Shown here piece by piece: positions 39,529 to 49,705 of a DNA stretch of 64,000 bases. The DNA comes from Candidatus Latescibacterota bacterium (GTDB lineage: Bacteria > Latescibacterota > UBA2968 > UBA8231). Location of the stretch: assembly GCA_965261395.1 (NCBI GenBank), contig OZ253462.1:4160001-4224000 (forward strand), given 5' to 3'. Position 1 is the stretch's first letter. Each line of letters opens with the position of its first letter. The notes below the pieces were generated by a model. It ran no database searches and had not been told where the DNA came from. It saw only the letters and a list, made by a program, of their open reading frames with translations. The position numbers and the translations under genes are program-made.

Positions 39529-40632
39529 TCACTCCAAATAGCCCAGCTTCCGCAGCCGCTGATCCAACAGCGCACGGTCTGCGGATGGGGCAAATCCTTT
39601 CCGTACATAGCTAGAAGCCGTTCGGAGTGCTGCGTACGCTTGATGGTATGGGCGCGTATCTAGCGCTGCGAGCGGCCGATCGCTAAATGTTTCGACCAAG
39701 GTCTCGCGCTGGGTCGATTGATCGCAGGTGAATTTGGCGCTGGCGTTGAAGAGGGACCATTGGCGACCGTATTGCGCGGCCGGGCCGGGGTCAATTTCGG
39801 CTAAGTAGTACTCGGGTGGGGAAGGGGTGCGGATGTCGCGGGCAAAGCCGTCGTAGGGATAATCCAACTGCAATAGCGATAAAAAAGTCGGGAAGAGGTC
39901 TACCAGCGAGATGAGGTTGCGCCCGACAGGTTCTCCCGAGGGAAGTCGATAGTACAAAGGCACCCGCAACACGTCGTTGCACAGGGTCTGGCCGTGATAG
40001 GGTTCATCGGCCCGCCAGCTCTGGCCGTGGTCGCTGATGATGAAAACGGCCCATGCGCTTAGGTCCAAGGCGGCCAACAGCCGGGCAATATGCTGCTCGA
40101 AGAGTTGTTCAATGGTAGCGCGATAGCGCGCCTGCACCACGTCGATGCGCCCTGCCTCTAGCAGCCGGCCCACCTCGCCAAAGGCCAGCCCGTCTGCGGC
40201 ACCATAGGGGGGATGAACGCTCCAGTAGTGGACAAAGAGAACGGTCGGCTCGCGGAGTTGTAGCCAGCCGGCGAGCTGATCGTCTGTGGGCAAGGGAGCG
40301 ATGTGATTGGCATAGCTCAGGCCGGTGAAAATGTCCGGGGCCTCTGAGAACGCGCCGACCGCATAGCCAGCTCGATGGCAAAGGGCGAAGAGGTCGGCAA
40401 CGCCCTGACGCATAGCGGGGGAGTGCTGGCCTTCGATGCCGTGTTCAAACGGGTATAGTCCGGTAAAAAGCGAGGTGTGGACCGGGCGAGTCGCCGAAGA
40501 AACCGAAAAGCAGTGCTGGCAGAGGTGAAAATCGCGCGCCAAGTCGGAAAATCGGGGTGTGTGCACGGCCGTACTGACCCCGGGGGCAAAATCCAAACGC
40601 AGGCTATCGACCGAAATCAACAGCAGGTTCAT
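39529..40632 (-). CDS. Sulfatase-like hydrolase (alkaline phosphatase superfamily, Thr nucleophile)
   Basis: LLISVDSLR, TRPVHTSLFTGLYP.EHG, HYWSVHPPY, SDHG, RLRKLGYLE. Confidence 0.82.
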   Translation of the reverse strand: MNLLLISVDSLRLDFAPGVSTAVHTPRFSDLARDFHLCQHCFSVSSATRPVHTSLFTGLYPFEHGIEGQHSPAMRQGVADLFALCHRAGYAVGAFSEAPDIFTGLSYANHIAPLPTDDQLAGWLQLREPTVLFVHYWSVHPPYGAADGLAFGEVGRLLEAGRIDVVQARYRATIEQLFEQHIARLLAALDLSAWAVFIISDHGQSWRADEPYHGQTLCNDVLRVPLYYRLPSGEPVGRNLISLVDLFPTFLSLLQLDYPYDGFARDIRTPSPPEYYLAEIDPGPAAQYGRQWSLFNASAKFTCDQSTQRETLVETFSDRPLAALDTRPYHQAYAALRTASSYVRKGFAPSADRALLDQRLRKLGYLE

Positions 40633-40913
40633 GGTTGACGCTGGACGATTCTGTTCTTTACGGCGTTGGAGGGCTTGAAGGTCGGGGTCTTGCGCTTGGG
40701 GATTGCGATGGCTGCGCCGGCTTTGGGGTTGCGGCCGGTGCGCGGTGCGCGCTCCACGACCTTGAAGGTGCCAAAGCCGCGGATTTCGACGTGGTCGCCC
40801 TTTTCCAATGCTTGGGCTATGGCTTCGATAAAACCCTCGATAACGGCCGTGGTGTCCACTTGGGAGAGCCCCGTACTCCGGGCTAGCTGTTGGGCGATTT
40901 CGGCTTTAGTCAT
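40629..40913 (-). CDS. HU/IHF family DNA-binding protein
   Basis: MTKAE, VEIRGFGTF, RTGRNPK, PTFKPS. Confidence 0.95.
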   Translation of the reverse strand: MTKAEIAQQLARSTGLSQVDTTAVIEGFIEAIAQALEKGDHVEIRGFGTFKVVERAPRTGRNPKAGAAIAIPKRKTPTFKPSNAVKNRIVQRQP

Positions 40914-40941
40914 TTGCTTTCTCCGTTGCGGTTAGTCGGCG

Positions 40942-42039
40942 TCAGCGCAAGAGGCCCCGCGCTGAGATGTCCCATATTTTCTCCACGCGCCCCTTGCGGA
41001 TGGCGACGAAGTAATTGTGGAGGAAGGTAGTCGAATCCGAATAGCCGACGAGCAATTCGATCCGCTCGCCCAAGGCCGGCCCGGCCTGGCCCTCTACGAT
41101 ATCGAAGATGCCGTGTTCAGCAGACAGGCCGCGCAAGCGCAGGTCGCTTCGGCCCAGCACCTCCGGCGGTTGGTGACCGGACGATAGCGTCTTAAAGCCA
41201 GCATCGACGACGACCCGGTCGGCAGCGCGGCTAGTGACCGTGGTGAGCACCGTTAGGGCGGGGGAGAGGGCTTCGACGTGACAGGTGTGGCGATACATGG
41301 CGTCCATGAACACGCCGCCGCCAGCTTGAAGCTCAGTGATCCCGTCGTGGAGGGCGCTGATCTCGTATGAACCCGTGCCGCCGGCACTGACGATTTCTAC
41401 TTGTATTCCATTGTTCTCCAACAAGTTACGAGATTTTACTAATAGATCCAGTGCTTGGTAACAGGCCTTTTGCTTGGCCGGGAGTGGCCAGCAGTCGAGC
41501 ACGTGGCCTTCGTAGCCCATCAGGCCCCTGAACGCCAGCCTAGGTTGGTTGCTAATGGCTTTGGACAAGGCGAGAAGAGGGGGACCAGGCTCCACGCCGA
41601 CTCGCTTCATGCCAATGTCGATCTCCACGACCACGGGGATGCGGACGCCCTCGGCGGCGGCCGCGGCGGCCATAGGTTCGACGACGGTGATATTGTCCAC
41701 TGCGGCAATGACCTCGGCTTGGTGTTGCAGGCGGGCTAGAGTGGCGAATTTCGCTGGACTGACAATCTGGTTGGCCAGCAGGATGGAGGATACGCCATGC
41801 GCGACCATCCACTCGGCTTCGCTCAATTTGGCACAGGTGATGCCACAGGCTCCGTTGGCCAGCTCGATGTGGGCTATGGCCGGAGATTTGTGCGCCTTGC
41901 TGTGGGGCCGCCATGCCTTGCCGTTGGCGCGGCAATACGTGGCCAAGTGCTGCACATTGGATTCAAAGCGCTCGAGATCGAGCAGCAGCACCGGGGTCTC
42001 TAAATCGCCAACTGCTTGGCCGGGTGCGGGTATATTCAC
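40942..42039 (-). CDS. DSD1/D-threonine aldolase family PLP enzyme
   Basis: ETPVLLLD, RPHSKAHKS, CAKLSEAE, MGYEGH, SAGGTGSY, LSAEHG. Confidence 0.87.
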   Translation of the reverse strand: MNIPAPGQAVGDLETPVLLLDLERFESNVQHLATYCRANGKAWRPHSKAHKSPAIAHIELANGACGITCAKLSEAEWMVAHGVSSILLANQIVSPAKFATLARLQHQAEVIAAVDNITVVEPMAAAAAAEGVRIPVVVEIDIGMKRVGVEPGPPLLALSKAISNQPRLAFRGLMGYEGHVLDCWPLPAKQKACYQALDLLVKSRNLLENNGIQVEIVSAGGTGSYEISALHDGITELQAGGGVFMDAMYRHTCHVEALSPALTVLTTVTSRAADRVVVDAGFKTLSSGHQPPEVLGRSDLRLRGLSAEHGIFDIVEGQAGPALGERIELLVGYSDSTTFLHNYFVAIRKGRVEKIWDISARGLLR

Positions 42040-42980
42040 GGCGTAGATAACCTCCAGTTGCCGGGGTTGAGCAGGGTTGAATCCGCGACCGAGATTGCAC
42101 GCACGGCTGCTACTAGATCGGGCGGTAGGGGGCCGGCTTCGACTGCGCGGATATTGGCTTCGAGTTCGGAGACGTTGGTAGTACCGAAAATAGCTGAATG
42201 AGCGCCGGAAGCAAAAGCGGCAAAGCGCAGAGCGAGTTCGGCCAGCTCTATGCCTGCGTCCTGTGCTAGCAGTAGCAGGGGAGTGGCCAAGGGCGACAGA
42301 CCAGCGAGCGCGGTCGGGAGCGAGTCGAGCCGATGCGACAGGATGCCTTGGAGGAAGACGGAGCGCAGGACGACGCCCGTACCCTGCGCTCGGGCACGGG
42401 GGATCACTTTGCGTTCCATCCGGCGGTCGAGTGCGCTATACGGTATTTGCAGTGCGCAAATTAGCTCGGGATGATCTAAGGCATCGAGCGGTGCCTCTTC
42501 GCCGTACGTCGTAACGCCCCAATAGCGCACCCAGCCGCGTTGGCAGTATTGCGCTAGCAGGTCCAGCAGTTCTGGGGTTGCAAAACGCGTGTCGAGGCTG
42601 TGTAGCTGCACGAGTTCGAGGACGTCAACGCCGAGCGTCTGCAAGCTCTGGCTCAGCGACTGCTCGACGGACTGTCGCAGCGCCTGCCCGGTCAACAGCC
42701 CTGCGCTGTCGGCATCGCGGATGGAGAGCTTGGTGGCAATCACGGGCCGGCAGCCCAGCCCGGCACACGCGCGGCCCACGAGGCTTTCGCTGCGACCGTA
42801 TGCTGAGGCCGTGTCGATGTAGTTGATGCCCAGTTCCAAGGCGCGGTGGATCAAGCCAATCACGCGGTGATCCGGTGGAGGCGGCTGATGGTCCCAGCCA
42901 TACGCCATGCCTAGTTGCACGGTGCCGAGGCCCAAGGCCGACAGACGCAAGTTCGTGCGGCCTAGGGTTGCGTATTGCAA
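42036..42980 (-). CDS. Aldo/keto reductase
   Basis: LGLGTVQLG..YG, GINYIDTASAYG.SE, RSVFLQG; TTG start at 42980 inferred. Confidence 0.9.
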   Translation of the reverse strand: MQYATLGRTNLRLSALGLGTVQLGMAYGWDHQPPPPDHRVIGLIHRALELGINYIDTASAYGRSESLVGRACAGLGCRPVIATKLSIRDADSAGLLTGQALRQSVEQSLSQSLQTLGVDVLELVQLHSLDTRFATPELLDLLAQYCQRGWVRYWGVTTYGEEAPLDALDHPELICALQIPYSALDRRMERKVIPRARAQGTGVVLRSVFLQGILSHRLDSLPTALAGLSPLATPLLLLAQDAGIELAELALRFAAFASGAHSAIFGTTNVSELEANIRAVEAGPLPPDLVAAVRAISVADSTLLNPGNWRLSTP

Positions 42981-43888
42981 GGGGTTGCTCCGGTGGTGAG
43001 GGTGGCGGTCTTGACGCTCCCGCCGCAGGCGTCGAGGAGGTGCTGTGCTTGGGCTCGATCTAGTTGGCACAGCTCCATGACCAGCGCTAGCTTCAAGCCG
43101 CCTTCAGCCGCTTGCAGCCGGGCGGCGGCCACTTGAGGCGAGGCTCCGGTCAGCTTCGCCAAGATGCGCTCGGCGCGGTCTCGCAGCTTGGCATTGGTGG
43201 GTTGCAGATCGACCATGAGGTTGCCGTAGGTCTTACCCAATTTCACCATGGTACCGGTGCTGATCATGTTGAGTACCAGCTTGGTCGCCGTTCCGGCCTT
43301 CATCCGCGTCGATCCAGTGATGACTTCCGGGCCGACCTCGGGGACGATCTTGATCGACGCTACAACGGACTCGGCGGCTGTGGGGCTACACGTAAAAAAG
43401 ATCGTCGGACAACCCCGTTGCGCTGCGTACTCCATGCCGCTGAGAACGAAAGGGGTTACGCCGCTGGCGGCAATGCCCATGACCACGTCGGCCGGCCCTA
43501 AGCCCCGCTGGGCCAATTCGCTGGGTGCGGCCTTGCGGTCGTCTTCCGCGCCTTCTACAGCTTGGCACAGGGCTGTTGGCCCACCGGCGATCAGGCCCTG
43601 CACCAACTCGGGGTTGGCGCCAAAGGTGGGGGGGCATTCAGCGGCATCCAGCACGCCGAGCCGACCGCTGGTACCCGCGCCAAGGTAGAACAGGCGGCCT
43701 CCACTCCCGAGCTGGCTGGTCACCAAGTCAACCGCCTCGGCAATGGGAGTCAATAGCGTGGCGACCGCGGCCGGCACAAGGGCGTCTTCTCGATTGATGA
43801 TCGATAGCATCTCTAGCGTCGAGACCTCGTCGATGCGCTCCGTGGCTGGATTGCGTTGCTCGGTTTGCAGCTTGGACCAGTTGCCCAT
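42962..43888 (-). CDS. murQ: N-acetylmuramic acid 6-phosphate etherase
   Basis: TEQRNP, GAGTSGRLGVLDAAECPPTFG, GSTRMKAGTATKLVLN, TNAKL. Confidence 0.96.
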   Translation of the reverse strand: MGNWSKLQTEQRNPATERIDEVSTLEMLSIINREDALVPAAVATLLTPIAEAVDLVTSQLGSGGRLFYLGAGTSGRLGVLDAAECPPTFGANPELVQGLIAGGPTALCQAVEGAEDDRKAAPSELAQRGLGPADVVMGIAASGVTPFVLSGMEYAAQRGCPTIFFTCSPTAAESVVASIKIVPEVGPEVITGSTRMKAGTATKLVLNMISTGTMVKLGKTYGNLMVDLQPTNAKLRDRAERILAKLTGASPQVAAARLQAAEGGLKLALVMELCQLDRAQAQHLLDACGGSVKTATLTTGATPCNTQP

Positions 43889-44026
43889 ATGGAATCGCCT
43901 AGCACCGGTGAAATGAACTGGACACAAAATAGACAGCCGAGCGCGGCGAGCAAAATTGTCAGGGTAGGGGAAAGGGTTATATTTTTATTTTAACCTTCAT
44001 ATTAAACATAAGGATAAGGATGCGGC

Positions 44027-46786
44027 ATGACGGAAGAATTGGCCAAGACGTACGATCCCGTGGCGATAGAAAAAAAATGGTATGATTTCTGGGAGCAAAA
44101 CGGCCTTTTTAACGCGGGGATCAACCCGGACAAGCCCCCCTACTGCATCGTGATTCCTCCGCCCAACGTGACGGGCGAGTTGCACATGGGCCACGCCATC
44201 CAACACGCCATCCACGACTTGGTGGTGCGGTGGAAGCGGATGCAGGGTTTTGAGACGCTTTGCCTGCCGGGCACCGATCACGCGGGCATTGCCACCCAAA
44301 TGAAGGTTGAGCAGGACCTTTTGCAGGTCGAGGGCAAGAATCGCTATGACTTGGGACGCGCCCCCATGCTCGACCGGATTTGGCAGTGGAAAAAAAAATA
44401 CGGGGACGCCATCTACCACCAATTGCGCCAACTCGGGGCTAGCTACGATTGGCGGTGGGAGCGGTTCACGCTCGATGAGGAGTACGTCGAGGCCGTATTA
44501 CAGGCCTTCGCGCGCTTTGCAGAGAAAGGGTGGATTTACCGCGGCACTCGCATGATTAACTGGTGTCCGCAATGCCGCACCGTCATTTCCGATCTAGAGA
44601 CCGAAGAGCGCGAGGTCGATGGCCACTTGTGGCACATTCGCTACCCGGTCCAGGAGGGCACGCTGCAAGTCGTGGTCGCCACCACGCGGCCGGAGACCAT
44701 GCTCGGGGACACGGCCGTGGCCGTCCACCCCAACGACGGTCGCTGGCGCGAGGCCATTGGCTTGCAAGTCGAGCTGCCACTGACGGATAGAGCCATCCCC
44801 ATCGTCGCCGATGAATACGCCGATCCCGAGCTGGGCAGTGGCGCAGTCAAAGTTACGCCGGCCCACGATCCCAACGACTACGAGCTAGGCCTGCGCCACG
44901 ACCTCGCGCAAATCCAAGTCATAGGCTTTGATGGGGTTATGACCGAGGCAGCCGGTCGCTTTGCCGGGTTGGACCGCTACGCGGCCCGCGAGGCCGTGGT
45001 GGCCGCGTTGGAAGCCGAAGGGCTGCTGGCAAAAATAGAGAATCACCAACACGCCGTACCCCACCACGACAAGTGCGGCACAGTCGTCGAACCTCTGCCG
45101 ATGGAGCAGTGGTTTATGAACATGAAGGAGTTGGCGGCCAAGGCGCGGCCCGTGCTCGTACAGGAGGAGATCCAATACGTGCCCGATCGCTTCCGCCACT
45201 ATGCCATCGAGTGGTTGGACCAAATACGCGATTGGGCCTTGTCGAGGCAGATCTGGTGGGGGCATCGCATTCCCGCTTGGTATTGCACCCATTGCAGTGC
45301 CGATGGGCTGATCCCTATGGGCGACTTGGACTGGGAGCAGGCTCTGCGCGAGGGCAACTTCAGGGTCTCGGTGGCGGCCGGGGCCAAGCCCGTAGTCAGC
45401 GCGGATAAACCAGCAGCTTGTGTCGAATGTGGCGGCCGGGATTGGGTGCAGGACCCAGACGTGCTCGACACGTGGTTTTCTTCCGCCTTGTGGCCCTTTG
45501 CCACCCTCGGCTGGCCGCAGCGCAGCGACGCGCTGGAGTACTTTTATCCCACGGATTTGCTCATCACGGCCCGCGATATTCTCTATTTGTGGGTTTTGCG
45601 GATGGCCATGACCTCGCTAGAGTGCGTGGAGAAGATTCCCTTTAAGACGGTGCTGGTTCACCCGACGATTCTGACCCAAGACGGCCGCCGCATGAGCAAG
45701 AGCTTGGGCACGGGCCTCAACCCGCTCGACTTGGTCTCGCGCTATGGCGCGGATGCGACCCGCTACTGTCTGTTGGCACAAGCTGGGGCCGTCCAAGACG
45801 TGCGCTTCGATGCCTCAGTCGCCAATAACCAAGTGCAGGCTTCGGCCAGCGCGGAGGCCGGCCGCAACTTTGGCAACAAGCTGTGGAATGCGACCCGCTT
45901 CGTGCTGATGAACATCGATGGATACGAGCCAGGCCCCTGCGAGCGGAGCGAATTGGCCGATCGTTGGATCTGGAGCCGGTTGCAGGTGGCCGTGCGCGAG
46001 ATGACCGAAGCCATGCAATCCTATCGTTTCAGCGACCTGACGCGGGCGATCTACGACTTCGTCTGGCGCGACTATTGCGATTGGTACCTCGAATTGGCCA
46101 AGGTGCGCTTGCAGGGATGCGACTCCCAGGAACGGCGCACGGCCCAAGAGCATCTCGTGCGGGTGCTCGAAACCGCCCTGCGGCTGTTGCACCCCATTAT
46201 GCCCTTTATTACCGAGACCTTGTGGCAGGCCCTGCCCCACGGCTCGTCGGCTAACAGCATCATGGTCGCGGATTGGCCGGAATGCGATGCCGAGCTGATA
46301 GACCAAGAAGCCGAAGCGCAAATGCAGTGCTTGCAAGAGGTGGTGACCGGGGTGCGGATCATTCGCGGCGAGATGAACGTCCCACCGGGGCGCAAAGTCG
46401 AGGTTTTGGTTTCGGCCGCCTCGGACGAGGTGGAACAGACCCTGCACCAAGCCATCCCCTACATCGAGCTGTTGTGCCGGGCCGCCGCCGTGCAAGTCGG
46501 CCAGGGGATCGTCCGGCCACCGGCTTCGGGCAGCGCGATGACGGCCGCGGCCGAGATTTTTGTGCCCCTAGAGGGGTTGATCGACCTAGCCGCAGAGCAG
46601 CAACGGCTCAAACGAGAAATCCAGAAGATGGACGGCTTGCTCAAGGGCCTAGACGCCAAACTGGCCAATGAGCGCTTCCTCACCAAAGCTCCGCCCGAAA
46701 TCGTCGCACAGGAGCGCCAGCGCCAAGCCGAATACCGCGCCACTCAGGAGAAGCTAAACGCCAGCCTCAAGCTCGTCGAAGCCTAG
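44027..46786 (+). CDS. valS: Valine--tRNA ligase
   Basis: PPPNVTGELHMGH, DHAGIATQ, TTRPET, SRQIWWGHRIP, RMSKS, C-terminal coiled coil. Confidence 0.98.
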   Translation: MTEELAKTYDPVAIEKKWYDFWEQNGLFNAGINPDKPPYCIVIPPPNVTGELHMGHAIQHAIHDLVVRWKRMQGFETLCLPGTDHAGIATQMKVEQDLLQVEGKNRYDLGRAPMLDRIWQWKKKYGDAIYHQLRQLGASYDWRWERFTLDEEYVEAVLQAFARFAEKGWIYRGTRMINWCPQCRTVISDLETEEREVDGHLWHIRYPVQEGTLQVVVATTRPETMLGDTAVAVHPNDGRWREAIGLQVELPLTDRAIPIVADEYADPELGSGAVKVTPAHDPNDYELGLRHDLAQIQVIGFDGVMTEAAGRFAGLDRYAAREAVVAALEAEGLLAKIENHQHAVPHHDKCGTVVEPLPMEQWFMNMKELAAKARPVLVQEEIQYVPDRFRHYAIEWLDQIRDWALSRQIWWGHRIPAWYCTHCSADGLIPMGDLDWEQALREGNFRVSVAAGAKPVVSADKPAACVECGGRDWVQDPDVLDTWFSSALWPFATLGWPQRSDALEYFYPTDLLITARDILYLWVLRMAMTSLECVEKIPFKTVLVHPTILTQDGRRMSKSLGTGLNPLDLVSRYGADATRYCLLAQAGAVQDVRFDASVANNQVQASASAEAGRNFGNKLWNATRFVLMNIDGYEPGPCERSELADRWIWSRLQVAVREMTEAMQSYRFSDLTRAIYDFVWRDYCDWYLELAKVRLQGCDSQERRTAQEHLVRVLETALRLLHPIMPFITETLWQALPHGSSANSIMVADWPECDAELIDQEAEAQMQCLQEVVTGVRIIRGEMNVPPGRKVEVLVSAASDEVEQTLHQAIPYIELLCRAAAVQVGQGIVRPPASGSAMTAAAEIFVPLEGLIDLAAEQQRLKREIQKMDGLLKGLDAKLANERFLTKAPPEIVAQERQRQAEYRATQEKLNASLKLVEA

Positions 46787-48484
46787 ATGGCGTTTGATTA
46801 CTTCACCATTCAGGCCCTCGCGCAGGAGTTGCGGGTGCGCCTGCAAGGGGCGGTCATCGAGCAGGCCTATGCCCAGCCCACGGAACTCGCATTCGCGGTT
46901 GCCGAGGGCGAATGGCTGTACGGCGTGAGTGGCCGGGAGGGATTGCTCTGCCTGCGGCACGAGGCTTGGCCGCGGCCTTGGCGGGCGAGCGATGGTCCGG
47001 AAAAGTATCTGGTGCGAGCGCGGATTGTGGCCGTCGAAGCCGAGCACCGCGAGCGCATCTTGCGCTTGCGCCTAGAGCGCCGGGACCGCGACGGCCGCGC
47101 GAGCTTTGGCGTCTTGGTGTGCGAACTCATTCCCAACAAGGTGCGGTTTATTCTCCATCGCCAAGCCGATGATTCGATTCTGGGCTGCTGGGGAACAGCC
47201 AAGGACAAGGCACCCGTGGGCGCACCGTACCAGCGACCCGAGCCATCCGGCCGACTGCTGCCCGGTACGGACGCATCCAGTGCGTGGCGCGACCGGCTGG
47301 TGAGCGCGGATGCGGTTTTGGAAAAGGCAGCGAGGCGTTGGTTGGCCGGAGCAGACGCTTCGCTGGTGCGCGAGCTGATCTTCCGCAGCCAGCAGGGCAG
47401 CACGCTTCCTGTCAGCAGTATTGCTGACATAGGCGAGCTGGCCACAGCCCTGTGGACCGCGGCCACGGAGGCGTACACCGGCACGGTGGCCGGCCAGAGC
47501 TACGTGTGGCAAGAGGCGGGCCGCTTTCACTTTTCCGCCCTTAAACCGCGTCGTTTGCAAGGAGCATACGAGCAGTTTGACGCGGTCAGCGCAGGGATAT
47601 GGGCGGCGTGCCAAAAGGAGCGGACACAGCGCCGGGTACAGCGGGCGCAGCAACAGATTCGCAGGCGGCTGGTCCAAACTTTGAAAAATGCCCGGCGGCG
47701 TTTGGCCGCCATGCAAATCGAACTCGACGAGGCCGCGCGCGCCGAGGAGTACAAGCGAAAAGGCCACGCACTATGGGCCAATATGGGGCAGCTATCGGGT
47801 CGGCCCGCGCAAGTGGAACTGGCCGACCTCTTCGATTCAGAGGGAGAATCGACCCTGCGAATTGATTTGGATGTAAATCGCAGCTTAGCGGAAAACGCCG
47901 CATCCTATCTAAAGGCCGCGCAAAAATACGAGCGTCGTCAGCAAGTCCTGCCGCAGCGCTTAGCCGAGCTCGGTCGCCAGTGCGCCCAATACGAGGACTG
48001 GATTGGTGCGGTGGATGCCGGTATTTGGGAAGCCAACGACGCGCTGCAAAACTGGTTGGAGAGCAAGGTGACAAGCACCGACAAAACGGCAAGCAAGCAG
48101 CCCCAGGCCCATCCCCGGCGCTATAGGACATCTACGGGGTGGTCGGTGTGGGCCGGGCGCAACAACAAGGAAAACGACGTGCTGACGCACAAAATAGCCG
48201 CCCAAAACGATCTGTGGTTTCACGCCCGGGGGTACGCAGGCTCGCACGTCGTCCTCCGGAGCGAAGGCCGCAAGGAAGCCCCCAGCAAGCAGACTATTGA
48301 AGAGGCCGCGGCTTTAGCCGCGTATTGGAGCAAGGGTAAAACGGCGAAAAAGGTCTCCGTGGCGTACACCATGGTAAAACACGTCACCAAGCCGCGTGGA
48401 GGCGCGCCTGGGCAGGCGCTGTTGCGCCGTGAGAAAACGATCATCGTGGAGCCGGCCTTGTTAGAAAAAGAATCATCCGAATAG
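46787..48484 (+). CDS. RqcH/NFACT (FbpA-like) ribosome quality control protein
   Basis: ERILRL, ENA..Y, GRNNKEND.LT, DLWFHA..YAGSHV, AAALAAYWSK. Confidence 0.88.
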   Translation: MAFDYFTIQALAQELRVRLQGAVIEQAYAQPTELAFAVAEGEWLYGVSGREGLLCLRHEAWPRPWRASDGPEKYLVRARIVAVEAEHRERILRLRLERRDRDGRASFGVLVCELIPNKVRFILHRQADDSILGCWGTAKDKAPVGAPYQRPEPSGRLLPGTDASSAWRDRLVSADAVLEKAARRWLAGADASLVRELIFRSQQGSTLPVSSIADIGELATALWTAATEAYTGTVAGQSYVWQEAGRFHFSALKPRRLQGAYEQFDAVSAGIWAACQKERTQRRVQRAQQQIRRRLVQTLKNARRRLAAMQIELDEAARAEEYKRKGHALWANMGQLSGRPAQVELADLFDSEGESTLRIDLDVNRSLAENAASYLKAAQKYERRQQVLPQRLAELGRQCAQYEDWIGAVDAGIWEANDALQNWLESKVTSTDKTASKQPQAHPRRYRTSTGWSVWAGRNNKENDVLTHKIAAQNDLWFHARGYAGSHVVLRSEGRKEAPSKQTIEEAAALAAYWSKGKTAKKVSVAYTMVKHVTKPRGGAPGQALLRREKTIIVEPALLEKESSE

Positions 48485-48491
48485 TCATATA

Positions 48492-49451
48492 ATGTATAAT
48501 ATGTTAAACAAACCTCTCATCATAATCACCGGACCAACCGCCACCGGCAAAACAGAAATAGCCCTCGAAGCAGCCCAGCACTTGCCCAAAGTGGAGATCG
48601 TTTCGGCCGACTCGCGGCAAATATACCGCTACATGGACATCGGCACGGCCAAGCCAACCACTGAACAGCAGAGCCAATGCGTCCATCACTTGCTCGATGT
48701 GCTCGGTCCCGGGGAAAGCTACAGCGCGGGAGCGTATGCTCGAGCCGCGCGGCGCATCATTGAGCAGATCTGGAACAGAGGGGGCCTGCCCATCATGGTG
48801 GGAGGGACGGGCCTGTACTGGCAGAGTGCACTAGACGGCTGCTTTGAAGACGAAGCCGAATACGCGCAAATACGCGCCGAATTGCAAAATCGCCTGCATT
48901 GCGAGGGACTTGCACCCCTATACGAGGAGTTGGGCTGTCGCGATCCGGTGGCACAAGCGCGGTTGCAGCCGAGCGACGCGCAGAGGATTCTTCGGGCCTT
49001 GGAGGTAGCGCTGAGCGGGAAGAGCACGCTCAGCGCACTATGGCGGGAGCGCAAGGGGCAGCCCTTTGTGCGGCAGCCGCAGATGATCAGCCTGACCATG
49101 GCACGCAGCCGGCTCTACGAGCGGATCGACCAGCGGGTCGAGCAGATGGTAGAGCGGGGATGGGTCGAGGAAGTCCGCGCCTTGCGCGAAAAGGGATACG
49201 ATCCAAGTGCCAGCGCCTTGGGAACCCTGGGCTATCTCGAAATATGCAGTGCGCTGGCAGGGCATTGCCCTTGGCAGGAAGCCGTCGAGCGGACCAAGCA
49301 GCGCACCCGCCATTTGGCCAAGCGACAAATGACGTGGTGCCGCCGCGACCGGCGCTTGCGCGAATTAGACCTCGACGTATGGGGGAAGGCCGGCGTCGTC
49401 CAACGCATCGTCGGCGAGTGGGAGTATCGATGGGGCAGTAGGCTGAGTTGA
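48492..49451 (+). CDS. miaA: tRNA dimethylallyltransferase
   Basis: GPTATGKT, SADSRQIYRYMDIGTAKP, VGGTGLY, AKRQMTW. Confidence 0.97.
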   Translation: MYNMLNKPLIIITGPTATGKTEIALEAAQHLPKVEIVSADSRQIYRYMDIGTAKPTTEQQSQCVHHLLDVLGPGESYSAGAYARAARRIIEQIWNRGGLPIMVGGTGLYWQSALDGCFEDEAEYAQIRAELQNRLHCEGLAPLYEELGCRDPVAQARLQPSDAQRILRALEVALSGKSTLSALWRERKGQPFVRQPQMISLTMARSRLYERIDQRVEQMVERGWVEEVRALREKGYDPSASALGTLGYLEICSALAGHCPWQEAVERTKQRTRHLAKRQMTWCRRDRRLRELDLDVWGKAGVVQRIVGEWEYRWGSRLS

Positions 49452-49476
49452 CAGCGGTTGGGGCCTCTCCTACCTT
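49448..49476 (+). promoter_or_regulatory. sigma70 promoter of tRNA
   Basis: TTGACA-17 bp-TACCTT. Confidence 0.7.
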
Positions 49477-49491
49477 AGGGCCGCAAAATTA

Positions 49492-49566
49492 GCGGGAGTA
49501 GCTCAGGGGTAGAGCGCAAGCTTCCCAAGCTTGATGTCGCGGGTTCGATTCCCGTCTCCCGCTCCA
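49492..49566 (+). tRNA. tRNA-Gly(CCC)
   Basis: Acceptor GCGGGAG/CTCCCGC, anticodon arm CAAGC-TTCCCAA-GCTTG, GGTTCGATTCC, encoded CCA. Confidence 0.97.
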
Positions 49567-49568
49567 TC

Positions 49569-49603
49569 ATCCGCCTGGCCAACTTGGTCGGGCGGATTTT
49601 TTT
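49569..49603 (+). terminator. tRNA terminator
   Basis: ATCCGCCTGGCCA/TGGTCGGGCGGAT stem plus T-run. Confidence 0.85.
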
Positions 49604-49705
49604 ATTTCTTTCCAAGGTATTGCCGTAGGTGTAATATCCATATACCTTTACCGATAGAACATCTTGCCCCACATTATGATACGTAGATTAATTGCTTGAT
49701 TCACT

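Noticed and set aside
38750-40632. FGE maturase plus sulfatase functional pair
   Set aside because: The FGE domains lack catalytic cysteines, and the hydrolase has TxPxH rather than C/SxPxR; the genes are convergent
49492-49705. tRNA-anchored genomic island
   Set aside because: No integrase or att duplication; flanks are core genes
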